In this document: positions 21,150 through 29,846 of the stretch, one piece after another | How positions within the stretch are numbered: position 1 is the stretch's first letter | Layout of the letters: each line of letters starts with the position of its first letter | From: a candidate division WOR-3 bacterium | Lineage (GTDB): Bacteria > Hydrothermota > Tepidihabitantia > B3-TA06 | Length of the DNA stretch: 64,000 nucleotides | NCBI GenBank assembly: GCA_965649265.1 | Contig: CBFGKC010000006.1 | Span: 64,001-128,000, forward strand | Direction: 5' to 3' | The notes under the pieces: generated by a model | Databases searched by the model: none | Told to the model about the DNA's origin: nothing | What the model saw: only the letters and a program-made list of their open reading frames with translations | Program-made: the position numbers and the translations under genes

Positions 21150-21995
21150 TCATTTTATCGAGAGCTCAAGGCCGAGGTTGTCGATGTCGAAAAGTATGCT
21201 TTCACTGAAATATTCCGGATCTCGCACATAAGCAATATACTCATCAAACACGCCCCTTTTTATAAATCCCGGATCGCCCACGTCGTGCGCGAGAACGAAA
21301 GCGCCCGGCGAAAGCTTGGAGTAGAGCGCTTTCAAAAGATCCAGATAAATTTCCTTGCCTTTTTCCTTTCCGTCCGCGTCGAGATGGAGGAAGTCGATTT
21401 GACCTTCAAAACGCTCTGCGAATACGAGTCCGTCCTCGGCAATCAATTCGACGTGTCCGGAGTCCTCTACTGTCGTGAAATTCTTGCGAGCGCCCTCGAT
21501 CGCTTCCGGGTTGATGTCTATCCCGTACACCTTTTCCGCCTTGTATGACCTGTCTTTGCCGCAGCCGGGTGCGGCGCTCCAGAGAAGCGTGTAACCGTAG
21601 AAGATGCCGATGCCGGCGGCAACCCTTGGTTTTCTGACCGATGAGAGCATGAAAAAAAGCCTGCGCATCACCCTCGTGAACGTCGTAAATGGAAAGAACC
21701 ATTTATTCCTGGTGAGCGTCACGAACCTTTCGTACGCGTCCTTGCGATACGAGGCCTCTGCAGGGACAAGACCTTTCTCCTTGAGCATCAATAAAATCGA
21801 ATCCACCACCCGCTCGTCCTGGGTCGATGAAAGGTGGTTGAGGAAATCCTCGTCCCGGAAGCAGACCTCCCTGCGAAGACCGTCAGGGGCGTCGTGGTTG
21901 AATCGGGCGTCCGGCGCTACGTGACTGCCTCGCTCCTTCAGAGTCTCGAGCGTTCTTTCGATAATCTCTTTATCAGGCCTGAAAACGAAAGCCAT
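21150..21995 (-). CDS. Class I SAM-dependent methyltransferase
   Basis: GIGIFYG, YGIDIN, AEDG, IDFLHLDAD, PGAFVLAHD. Confidence 0.8.
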   Translation of the reverse strand: MAFVFRPDKEIIERTLETLKERGSHVAPDARFNHDAPDGLRREVCFRDEDFLNHLSSTQDERVVDSILLMLKEKGLVPAEASYRKDAYERFVTLTRNKWFFPFTTFTRVMRRLFFMLSSVRKPRVAAGIGIFYGYTLLWSAAPGCGKDRSYKAEKVYGIDINPEAIEGARKNFTTVEDSGHVELIAEDGLVFAERFEGQIDFLHLDADGKEKGKEIYLDLLKALYSKLSPGAFVLAHDVGDPGFIKRGVFDEYIAYVRDPEYFSESILFDIDNLGLELSIK

Positions 21996-21997
21996 TG

Positions 21998-22990
21998 TTA
22001 AATCCTTGTAAAATCGATATCGACGAGCGGCACGTCGTTCTCAATGTTCGATCTGTAACGGGCCAGAACCGCCCTGCCGCGTTCGTCCAGGTGATGAACG
22101 TCGAACTTCTTGTAGATGAAGACGTAGGTGACCATTTCCCTGAGCTTCAGGAAATCGTGATAGGTTTCCTTCCACCAGTCGTCCAGCCGGTTCTCCCTTT
22201 CATAGCCTTTCCAGAAATTCCTTAAGAAGAAGCGCACGAAATCAGCCATGTCCGCTTCGGTCCCACCCAGCCAGCGCGAGTAGAAGAGCAGCGTTGCGAT
22301 GTCGCCGGCGAACCAGATGTGGTAGGCGTCGTCGAAATCGATAACAGTTAATCTCTTACCATCCACCAGCAGATTGCTCTGGTGCATATCGGTGTGGACG
22401 AGCCCGTAGGTCTCCCGGCCGAGGGGCAGTCTTTTTAGTCTCTCGACAAGCGCCTTGCATTTCTCCAGCACCTTGATCTGATCGGCCGGGATGTAGTGAT
22501 CCCATCGGAGATAATCGAACTCGTGCCAGTGCTCGCGTCTTTTCTCATCACCCGGGTCAGGGTAATCCTTGGTCAGCCGGTGCGTCATCCCGACAATTCT
22601 GCCCCATTCCTCGATAAGATCGGACGTCCACTCACCCGGTCCTAAAAGCTTTCCAGGAGCCTTCTCGAAGGACACGACTAAAAAGTATGAGCCATCCTCC
22701 GCGTCCACCCTTTCAACCAGATTCCCCCGAGGCGAATCGTACGCCCTTGCGGCAGGCACGTCGTTATCGGCAAGATAGTTGAGCCAGTCAATCTCTCCGC
22801 GAATCTCTCCTTCGGTTCTGTGCGAGGAATGGGTCACGCGGAGAATCCTCTCCTCCCCGTCATAAGGGTAGGAGTAGACAAAGTTCTCTATGTCGCCCAG
22901 GAGTTTCAACCCCTCTGCTTTTATTCCGTAGAGCTTTGAGGCCTGAGCCCTTATATTGTCCGTGAAGAGTTCTAAAACTTTCTTTTCCAT
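21998..22990 (-). CDS. APH/homoserine-kinase-type-II family phosphotransferase
   Basis: ILRVTH, YGLVHTDMHQSN, VIDFDD. Confidence 0.85.
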   Translation of the reverse strand: MEKKVLELFTDNIRAQASKLYGIKAEGLKLLGDIENFVYSYPYDGEERILRVTHSSHRTEGEIRGEIDWLNYLADNDVPAARAYDSPRGNLVERVDAEDGSYFLVVSFEKAPGKLLGPGEWTSDLIEEWGRIVGMTHRLTKDYPDPGDEKRREHWHEFDYLRWDHYIPADQIKVLEKCKALVERLKRLPLGRETYGLVHTDMHQSNLLVDGKRLTVIDFDDAYHIWFAGDIATLLFYSRWLGGTEADMADFVRFFLRNFWKGYERENRLDDWWKETYHDFLKLREMVTYVFIYKKFDVHHLDERGRAVLARYRSNIENDVPLVDIDFTRI

Positions 22991-23010
22991 CCCGACTCCA
23001 GGTTGATTGT

Positions 23011-24087
23011 TTACGTCTGCAGTGCCTGCCGAGTGCGGTCAAAATCACTCAGGTAGCTTTCCTTCTCGGCAGCGGGCAGGAACGAATGCCTGAATCCGTT
23101 TCTCATTATCCCTAGAATAGACTGCAAATCAAGTCCTCGCTCGAGAACGTGCACGTACTCGTCCACGAGCGAGGTGGAAAAGAAAGTAGGGTCATCCGAA
23201 TTCAGCGTAACCGGAACGCCGGCGTCTACGAACCTTTTCAAGGGGTGACTTTCGTATGAGTCGTAAAGACCCGTCATAAGGTTGCTCGTGGGGCATATAT
23301 CGAGAGGTATTTGGTGTTCGGCCAGATAGCCAACGAGCGACGCGTCCTCTATGGCTCGGACCCCGTGGCCGATTCTCTCCACGCCCAGGATTCTTAAGGC
23401 GTCCCATACACTCTCTGGACCAAGCCCTTCGCCTGCATGTACCGAGAGACGGAAGCCTTCCTCCCTCGCCAGTTCATAAACATCCTTGAACAGGGAGGGG
23501 GGATACAGATGCTCGCTTCCACCTATCGTGATGCCCACTATCTCCTCGCATCCCAAATCCATGATCTGTCTCAACAACTCCATCGCTCGGCCGGGGCCGA
23601 TATCCCTTACAAGATCGACAATCCAGTTTACCTTGATTCCGGGAAGTTTCGCCTTCCTGATGCAGGCAGCAATTTCCTCAAGGCTGATACCGTTCCATGT
23701 GTGTTCGATCGCGGAGATGCTTATCTCTGCATAAACCACGCTCTGTACTCGCAGCGCCTCGATAACACCGGTCATGACTTGCGATAGATCGTCTTTGTCC
23801 CTTATGAAGTAGCTGGAGAAGCAGTACGTGGCAAGGAAGTCGTCGAAGTCTTTGTAACGAAACAATTCCTTGACCTCGTCCTCGCTCCATCTTGCCGGTT
23901 CGAGAAAGGGCTTGATGTTCTCGTGCGACTCGAACATTCGTACGTGTCTTTGGGGGGCATGTTTCATGAGTTCTGACGCGGGATATTTGTTCATAAGGTT
24001 CGCAAACACTTCTACCGGCATCGCACCGTTGAGGTGAATGTGAAGCTCGGCCTTGGGAAGCCTTGATATCAGCGCTGCCGGGTTCAC
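23011..24087 (-). CDS. add: Adenosine/adenine deaminase
   Basis: LPKAELHIHL, HAGE, RIGHG, CPTSN, NSDDP. Confidence 0.9.
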   Translation of the reverse strand: MNPAALISRLPKAELHIHLNGAMPVEVFANLMNKYPASELMKHAPQRHVRMFESHENIKPFLEPARWSEDEVKELFRYKDFDDFLATYCFSSYFIRDKDDLSQVMTGVIEALRVQSVVYAEISISAIEHTWNGISLEEIAACIRKAKLPGIKVNWIVDLVRDIGPGRAMELLRQIMDLGCEEIVGITIGGSEHLYPPSLFKDVYELAREEGFRLSVHAGEGLGPESVWDALRILGVERIGHGVRAIEDASLVGYLAEHQIPLDICPTSNLMTGLYDSYESHPLKRFVDAGVPVTLNSDDPTFFSTSLVDEYVHVLERGLDLQSILGIMRNGFRHSFLPAAEKESYLSDFDRTRQALQT

Positions 24088-24106
24088 CCTGGACCGAACC
24101 TGACTG

Positions 24107-24406
24107 TCATCCGCAGCACGATGACGAATCGTCCGGGCCGCAAGTCGCTTCCTTTTTACCCGTTAGCGCCGCCCTTATCATGGCCGCTGCGCAGCCCACT
24201 CCCGAGTCGACGCGTATAGCCTTCGACGGGCAGTTACGCTCGCATGCCCCGCACTCCATGCAAGCGTTGGGTCGAACCAATTTTGCTTTAGGGCTACCGA
24301 CAGGAGGTGTGTTACGGGAGAATACTCTATGCGGACAGACGATAGAACACATGCCGCAGCCCGAACACTTCTCCGGAAAGTATTCGAGTGTGTTGGTCGC
24401 CTTCAT
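24107..24406 (-). CDS. hgcB: Mercury methylation ferredoxin HgcB
   Basis: Two CxxCxxCxxxCP motifs, CMECGAC, GVGCAAA, C-terminal CC; ATG overlaps the hgcA stop (ATGA). Confidence 0.93.
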   Translation of the reverse strand: MKATNTLEYFPEKCSGCGMCSIVCPHRVFSRNTPPVGSPKAKLVRPNACMECGACERNCPSKAIRVDSGVGCAAAMIRAALTGKKEATCGPDDSSSCCG

Positions 24407-25416
24407 TTCCAAATCCCCGCTATCTTGACCACCACGTCGAATACGGTCACGATGAGACCTGCACCGAATAACCATGCCATTACCGGTATGTAGGTGAACA
24501 TCTCTCTGCGAACACCTGTTTTGGATGTGAACGTAGTCGAGCCTGTGAAGTTGAGCGCAAGAAACGCCGTTACCGGCGGCATCAGCATCAGGTAAATCAA
24601 CGAGTTTGCGATACGCATCCACCACGCGGCGTCCGTCCGCGTAAAGAAAACGGCAATCGTGAATCCCAGCGCGACGAGTCCGCCGAGTATGAAACCCTTT
24701 GAGCTGAAATCCCTTGTGGGTATCCACGGAAGGAGGAGGGGGAAGAGCACAGTGCCCGCAAGAAAAGCACTGGCAACGGCGATCGAAGCGAGCCATCCTC
24801 CGATAAAGAAGAATGCGACTGCGGCCCCTAGCATGTAAAGGGAAGAGGCGACCAATTCCACCGGAATCAGAACCGCTCTGTCACCGAGGTTGAAACGAAC
24901 CGACCGCATCCTCTCGTCGGCCTTGCCCAGCCTCATGTATTCAGGTATGTCCTCGGACCTTATGGGTCCGTACTCGACCGAGAAACCGGTCCTGCGCTTG
25001 ACCTCGTGGGCGGATACGCCTGTAGCGCCGAGCTGCGGAAGTATCAGCTTGCGGTGATTCACCACCTCATCCAGTTCGGTCTCCCTGATGTAGTAGCAGA
25101 GCATCGCCGTACCGAACGTCCCCTTGCCGGCCGCGCACCAGACGTTAATCCCCCTGGTGTTCAGAACTAAAATCCATGCGTCCATTCCGGCGATATCTTT
25201 TCTGAGCGCGTCGAAACTCAGGGTATAGTTTGCCGTGACGAAAACGGGGGAGGAGGGGGAGGGGGTTCCGAGCGCGTAAAGTCCGGGTTCAACCCTGTGT
25301 CCCATGCGGTTGACGCCCCAGCGCGCCAGAAAGTGATCCCGGCGATTGGCGGAGGTGATTGAGGAATCCGTCTTTTTGACCTGCGACTTCTCCGCGTCAT
25401 TTAATTGTAAACCCAT
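24403..25416 (-). CDS. hgcA: Mercury methylation corrinoid protein HgcA
   Basis: PGLYALG, VTANYTLSFD, cap helix NVWCAAGKGTF, LILPQLGA, C-terminal TM helices with NFTGST. Confidence 0.96.
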   Translation of the reverse strand: MGLQLNDAEKSQVKKTDSSITSANRRDHFLARWGVNRMGHRVEPGLYALGTPSPSSPVFVTANYTLSFDALRKDIAGMDAWILVLNTRGINVWCAAGKGTFGTAMLCYYIRETELDEVVNHRKLILPQLGATGVSAHEVKRRTGFSVEYGPIRSEDIPEYMRLGKADERMRSVRFNLGDRAVLIPVELVASSLYMLGAAVAFFFIGGWLASIAVASAFLAGTVLFPLLLPWIPTRDFSSKGFILGGLVALGFTIAVFFTRTDAAWWMRIANSLIYLMLMPPVTAFLALNFTGSTTFTSKTGVRREMFTYIPVMAWLFGAGLIVTVFDVVVKIAGIWK

Positions 25417-25421
25417 ATTTC

Positions 25422-25509
25422 AGTCTACGCAGTCCATTCGATTAGTCAACGCGCGTAAACAGGAGACCTGGGTAATTCCTCTTGACTCCGCGCCCGGTCT
25501 GCATATAGT
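25422..25509. promoter_or_regulatory. Divergent promoter pair (hgcA: TTGACT-16-TAGACT; membrane gene: TTGACT-16-TATAGT)
   Basis: Minus strand -35 at 25444-25449 and -10 at 25422-25427; plus strand -35 at 25482-25487 and -10 at 25504-25509. Confidence 0.6.
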
Positions 25510-25516
25510 CCAATCC

Positions 25517-25993
25517 ATGCTTGAACTCATAGGACTTTTCTTTTTCGCACGCTATATGGGCCGCAGAACCTTTTCCAAGGGATTCTCGAAAGGCAGGGGC
25601 ATAGGCATCTCTGTCGGCTTCTGGCTCGGTCTCGAGCTTCTGGCCGGTTTCATCGGCAGCTCAATCGTGCTGGCATCCGGATACAACGAAAACTCCCTCA
25701 TAATCGTCACATTGCCTTTCGCGGTCGCAGGCATAGGAATCTCCATTCTTATCTCCCTCCTTCTTATCAGGGCGCTGCCTGTACGTAAAGACGAGATAAT
25801 CGAACGTCTCAACTCCCGTGTCGGAACCGACGACGACTGGTGCCTTTACGTCAAGGGGCTTGCCACGCTCGGCCTGCAGGCTTTGCCCGTACTTGAGGAG
25901 TTCCACGAACGCGAGCTCAACTGGCCGCGCTCCGATCGCTTTCGTCAGGCGCTCTCGGACGCTATAGTCAAACTCAGAGCGTCCCCAAAATGA
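25517..25993 (+). CDS. Hypothetical membrane protein
   Basis: MLELIGLFFFARYMGRR..., 2-3 hydrophobic segments. Confidence 0.6.
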   Translation: MLELIGLFFFARYMGRRTFSKGFSKGRGIGISVGFWLGLELLAGFIGSSIVLASGYNENSLIIVTLPFAVAGIGISILISLLLIRALPVRKDEIIERLNSRVGTDDDWCLYVKGLATLGLQALPVLEEFHERELNWPRSDRFRQALSDAIVKLRASPK

Positions 25994-25997
25994 ATCT

Positions 25998-26936
25998 TTA
26001 GTGCCGCAAGTAATCCTCGTATGACATGTTGACCGGGTGTATTTCAGGTTTTTGAGCTGCACGCTCTTTTGAGGTGTGGGTCAGCTTCTCGCTTATCTCC
26101 CAGAGCCTCCACCAGTCAGCTATCCTGTAGGAAGCCTTGTTAGAAGTCTTTGGTCTGCACTTGTCGAAGTATTTGCCGGTCACTCCGTCAACCTCCTGTG
26201 AGGATGCGAGGTAGATGCTTGTCCGTGCCCCTTGCTTCGCAGGAATCCCGAAAAAGGTCTTCATAACGAATGCATTTACCTTCATGAAACCAGTACAACC
26301 GTTTCCCAGATTGGTATTCACGAGTCCGGGATTCAGGGCGTTCACGGTAACGCCTGTTCCCTCGAGTCGTTTTGCAAGTTCGTATGTGAACATGAGCATT
26401 GCGAGTTTCGATTCCCCGTAGACCTGCATTGTCGGGAAACGACCTTTACGCCTATCGAGATTTTCGAAATCGATTGAATTGATCATCCGGTGAACGAAGG
26501 AGGAGACGTTGACTATCCGTGAAGGTGCGGATTTCTTCAAGAGACCCAGCAGGAGATCCGTCAAAAGAAATGGTCCGAGGTAGTTGGTGGCAAAGACCAG
26601 TTCGTACCCGTCAACACTCTCTTGACGTCTGTCAATGGAGATACCGGCATTGTTGATGAGAACGTCCAGCCGCGGAAAGCGCTTCTTGTACCTCTGGGTA
26701 AGCTCCCTCACGTCACGCTGCGATGAAAGGTCCGCTATCTCCAGATATACATGTGGGTTCCCGCTCGCGGCCACTATCTCGCGTCTTGCCCCTTCGCCCC
26801 TGTCGTGGTTCCTTGCGACCATGACGACGACCGAGCCCATTTGCGCAAGACCCCTGGCGGTCTCGTATCCTATTCCCGAGTTCGCTCCTGTTACTATCGA
26901 GAATTTGCCCTCCATAAGGCATGAAGTTTCCATCAT
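25998..26936 (-). CDS. Short-chain dehydrogenase/reductase (retinol-dehydrogenase-like)
   Basis: TGANSGIG, NNAG, YGESK. Confidence 0.92.
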   Translation of the reverse strand: MMETSCLMEGKFSIVTGANSGIGYETARGLAQMGSVVVMVARNHDRGEGARREIVAASGNPHVYLEIADLSSQRDVRELTQRYKKRFPRLDVLINNAGISIDRRQESVDGYELVFATNYLGPFLLTDLLLGLLKKSAPSRIVNVSSFVHRMINSIDFENLDRRKGRFPTMQVYGESKLAMLMFTYELAKRLEGTGVTVNALNPGLVNTNLGNGCTGFMKVNAFVMKTFFGIPAKQGARTSIYLASSQEVDGVTGKYFDKCRPKTSNKASYRIADWWRLWEISEKLTHTSKERAAQKPEIHPVNMSYEDYLRH

Positions 26937-27883
26937 GAGAGTTCTCCTTCATTGTAGGAATCCAGGGAAGTATCGGTCAATGGGTGTATCTTCCGGTTTT
27001 GAGCCACGCGTTCGTTTGCTCTTCCCGTAATGCCTTCACTTATCATCCAAAGCCTTTGCCAGTCACGAGTATTACGTGAAGCCTTGTTTGAAGTCTTTGG
27101 TCTGCACTTGTCGAAGTATTTGCCTGTTACTCCGGCGACCTCGGGAGAACTTGCAAGGTAGATGCTTGTCCGTGCTCCTCGCTCAGAAGAAATAGCGAAT
27201 AGTTTCATCAAAACGACTGCGTTAAGCTTCAGGAAGCCTGTAGTATTCTTTCCAAGATTTGTCTTTACGAGGCCGGGATTCAGGGCGTTTACCGTGACGC
27301 CTGTTCCCCCGAGTCGTTTCGCGAGTTCGTAGGAGAACATAAGGACCGCAAGTTTTGATTCACAGTAGGTTTTGACTGCCGAAAACCTGCCTTTCTTTCT
27401 CTCGAGATCATCGAAATCGATCCCGTGCGTCGTCTTGTGAGCGAATGATGAAACGTTTATGATCCTTGAGGGCGCAGAAGCCTTGAGCATATCGAGCAAA
27501 AGATCCGTCAAAAGAAACGGCGCGAGGTAGTTGGTGGCAAAGGTAAGCTCGAAACCGTCCACACTCTCTTGACGCTTGCCAATCATTATTCCCGCATTGT
27601 TTATAAGAACGTCGAGCCGCGGAAAACGCTGCCTGTACCTCTCCGCGAGATACCTTGCCTCCCCCTGCGAGGAAAGATCAGCAAACATCATGTAAACGTG
27701 CGGATTCCCGCTCGCGGCGACTATCTCTTTTCTTGCGCGCTCACCTCGGTCAGGGTCCTTCGCGACTCCAACCACAACCGAGCCCATCCGCGCCAGTCCG
27801 AGCGCGGTCTGGTATCCTATTCCCGAGTTCGCTCCTGTAACGATCGAGAACTTGCCCTCCATTCGGCACGAGCTCTCTCTCAT
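26933..27883 (-). CDS. Short-chain dehydrogenase/reductase, tandem paralog
   Basis: TGANSGIG, NNAG, YCESK; upstream TTGACG-16-TATAAT. Confidence 0.92.
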   Translation of the reverse strand: MRESSCRMEGKFSIVTGANSGIGYQTALGLARMGSVVVGVAKDPDRGERARKEIVAASGNPHVYMMFADLSSQGEARYLAERYRQRFPRLDVLINNAGIMIGKRQESVDGFELTFATNYLAPFLLTDLLLDMLKASAPSRIINVSSFAHKTTHGIDFDDLERKKGRFSAVKTYCESKLAVLMFSYELAKRLGGTGVTVNALNPGLVKTNLGKNTTGFLKLNAVVLMKLFAISSERGARTSIYLASSPEVAGVTGKYFDKCRPKTSNKASRNTRDWQRLWMISEGITGRANERVAQNRKIHPLTDTSLDSYNEGELS

Positions 27884-28207
27884 ATGAAGCCTCCTTGGTC
27901 CATACTTTGATTTAAAAAACCTGTATTTATTATAGAAAGGTAAACGTATGCGTCAAGGATTAATTCCCCATAAAGGTTCAAAGAACCTTTATGGGGACCT
28001 CAGCGTTACAGAAATTGTCTCTGATTTGTCTGAGTTGTGCCGAGCGGAAACGAGGTTTTGCATTCAAACGCGGAATTCCATTCCGCGCATGCGCCTCCGG
28101 CGCTCGCTTCCATTAGCTCTCCTTGATTCAGGCTGGCCAGGGGGATACTCTGTGTCCCTTTGGGGCGTCACTTGACCTTTTCGTTTTTCCGACTAATCTA
28201 TATCTAA

Positions 28208-29512
28208 ATGAAAGCTTGTCTCAGAACAATCATCCTTGCCGGTTTTCTTGCTCTGCCGTTGCTTGCGAGAGCTGCAGCTTCCACCTATGCCGTGCTCGAA
28301 TTCGACGGCGCAATCGGCCCTGTTGCCGAGCGCTATATATCCAACGGAATAGACCGCGCGGTAGGGGAGGGGGTCTCGTTCATCCTCCTCGAACTCGATA
28401 CGCCCGGCGGACTCGACGAGTCCATGCGCGCCATAGTCAAAAAGATCCTCGCCTCGCCCGTGCCCGTCGTCGGCTACGTCTATCCCCAGGGTGCACGCGC
28501 GGCTTCGGCGGGCGTCTTCATCATGCTTGCTTGCAACGTGACGGCGATGGCACCCGGAACCAACATGGGCGCCGCACACCCGGTTAACCTGGGCGGGCAG
28601 CAGCCCGACTCGGTCATGATGGGCAAAATCGAGAACGATGCGGTGGCGTTCATTCGTTCGATAGCCGAGAGACGCGGCCGCGACGCGGACTGGGCGGAAA
28701 AATCCGTCCGCAAATCGGTATCCGTCTCAGCAGAGGAGGCCAAAAGGCTCGGCCTCGCCGATTATATCGCCTCGTCGCCCGAAGAACTCGTAAGGGCGCT
28801 CGACGGCCGCGTCGTCGAAACGTCCTCAGGCAAAGTAAAGCTAGAGACCGCCTACGCCCGCGAGGTAAAGGTCGGCATGCGCTGGTTCGAAAAACTCCTC
28901 GGAGTTCTCTCCAATCCCAACCTCGTCTACATCCTCATGATGATAGGCATCTACGGACTCATCGCGTGGGTGCAGAACCCCGGCTCGATATTCCCGGGTG
29001 TCATAGGCTTCATCGCGCTCGTGTTCGCGCTTTACGGGCTCCAGGTCCTGCCCGTCAATTACGCGGGACTGGCCCTCATAGGTCTTGCAATATTGCTCTT
29101 TATCCTGGAGGTGAAGGTCACCTCGCATGGAATGCTCGCAGTAGGAGGCATTGTGTCGTTGATTCTTGGAACCGTTATCATGTTTCAATCTGTCCCGGCA
29201 GCGTTCGGGATCTCGTGGCCGGTCATCATCATCGTCATCGCGATAGTAGCCGCGCTTCTGGCGCTCATCGTCTACCTTGCCGCGCGCGCGCACGTCCGCA
29301 GACCCACGACGGGAGAGCAGGGAATGATAGGCTGGACCGGCGAGGCTCGTTCCGACCTTTCCTTATCCGTCGAAGGCTCCGTCTACGTTCACGGCGAGTA
29401 CTGGACTGCGGTGCCCGCCGACTCGTCCACCAAAATCAAAAAGGGCGAGCGCGTCAAGGTCGTCGCCATGGACGGCATGGTGCTAAAAGTCGAGCCCGTA
29501 ACACACCCTTAG
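28208..29512 (+). CDS. nfeD: NfeD-family membrane-bound serine protease (long form)
   Basis: LDTPGG, AASAG, GTNMGAAHPV, TM region, C-terminal OB fold VYVHGEYWTA. Confidence 0.9.
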   Translation: MKACLRTIILAGFLALPLLARAAASTYAVLEFDGAIGPVAERYISNGIDRAVGEGVSFILLELDTPGGLDESMRAIVKKILASPVPVVGYVYPQGARAASAGVFIMLACNVTAMAPGTNMGAAHPVNLGGQQPDSVMMGKIENDAVAFIRSIAERRGRDADWAEKSVRKSVSVSAEEAKRLGLADYIASSPEELVRALDGRVVETSSGKVKLETAYAREVKVGMRWFEKLLGVLSNPNLVYILMMIGIYGLIAWVQNPGSIFPGVIGFIALVFALYGLQVLPVNYAGLALIGLAILLFILEVKVTSHGMLAVGGIVSLILGTVIMFQSVPAAFGISWPVIIIVIAIVAALLALIVYLAARAHVRRPTTGEQGMIGWTGEARSDLSLSVEGSVYVHGEYWTAVPADSSTKIKKGERVKVVAMDGMVLKVEPVTHP

Positions 29513-29596
29513 GGCAAACACAACGGCGCTTTTCTGTTTTGAGGATGAGGGGACGTCAATAAATTTTTGTCTCAAGAAGCTTCAATAGCGGAAAAC

Positions 29597-29826
29597 ACCC
29601 TCTCCTTTCGGGAGAGGTGCGCTCCAAAGGAGCGCTGGGTGAGGGAAGCCCCCCTTTATTAAGGGGGGGAGGGGGTTAGCACACCTTGTCATTGCGAGGC
29701 TTCCCTGGGAAGACAAAGCAATCTATTCCCGGAGGGAATGTACATTATAAGGAGCATTCACTTCGTACCCCAGGGGTACTCGTGAATAGATTGCTTCGGT
29801 CGCTCACAGCGACACTCGCAACGACA
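29597..29826. repeat. Cluster of REP-like palindromic elements
   Basis: CCCTCTCC..GGGTGAGGG; CCCCC-TTTATTAA-GGGGG; GTCATTGCGAG..GCAATCT..AGATTGCTTCG..CTCGCAACGAC. Confidence 0.75.
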
Positions 29827-29846
29827 AACGAGGGAGTTGTCAAGGT

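Noticed and set aside
24087-24109. Selenocysteine readthrough of the hgcB TGA
   Set aside because: The protein already ends in the usual CC tail, and readthrough would run out of frame into add
24107-24796. 229-aa ORF as an extended HgcB or an HgcA-HgcB fusion
   Set aside because: The N-terminal part is an alternative frame of hgcA; the real start is the ATG at 24406 overlapping the hgcA stop
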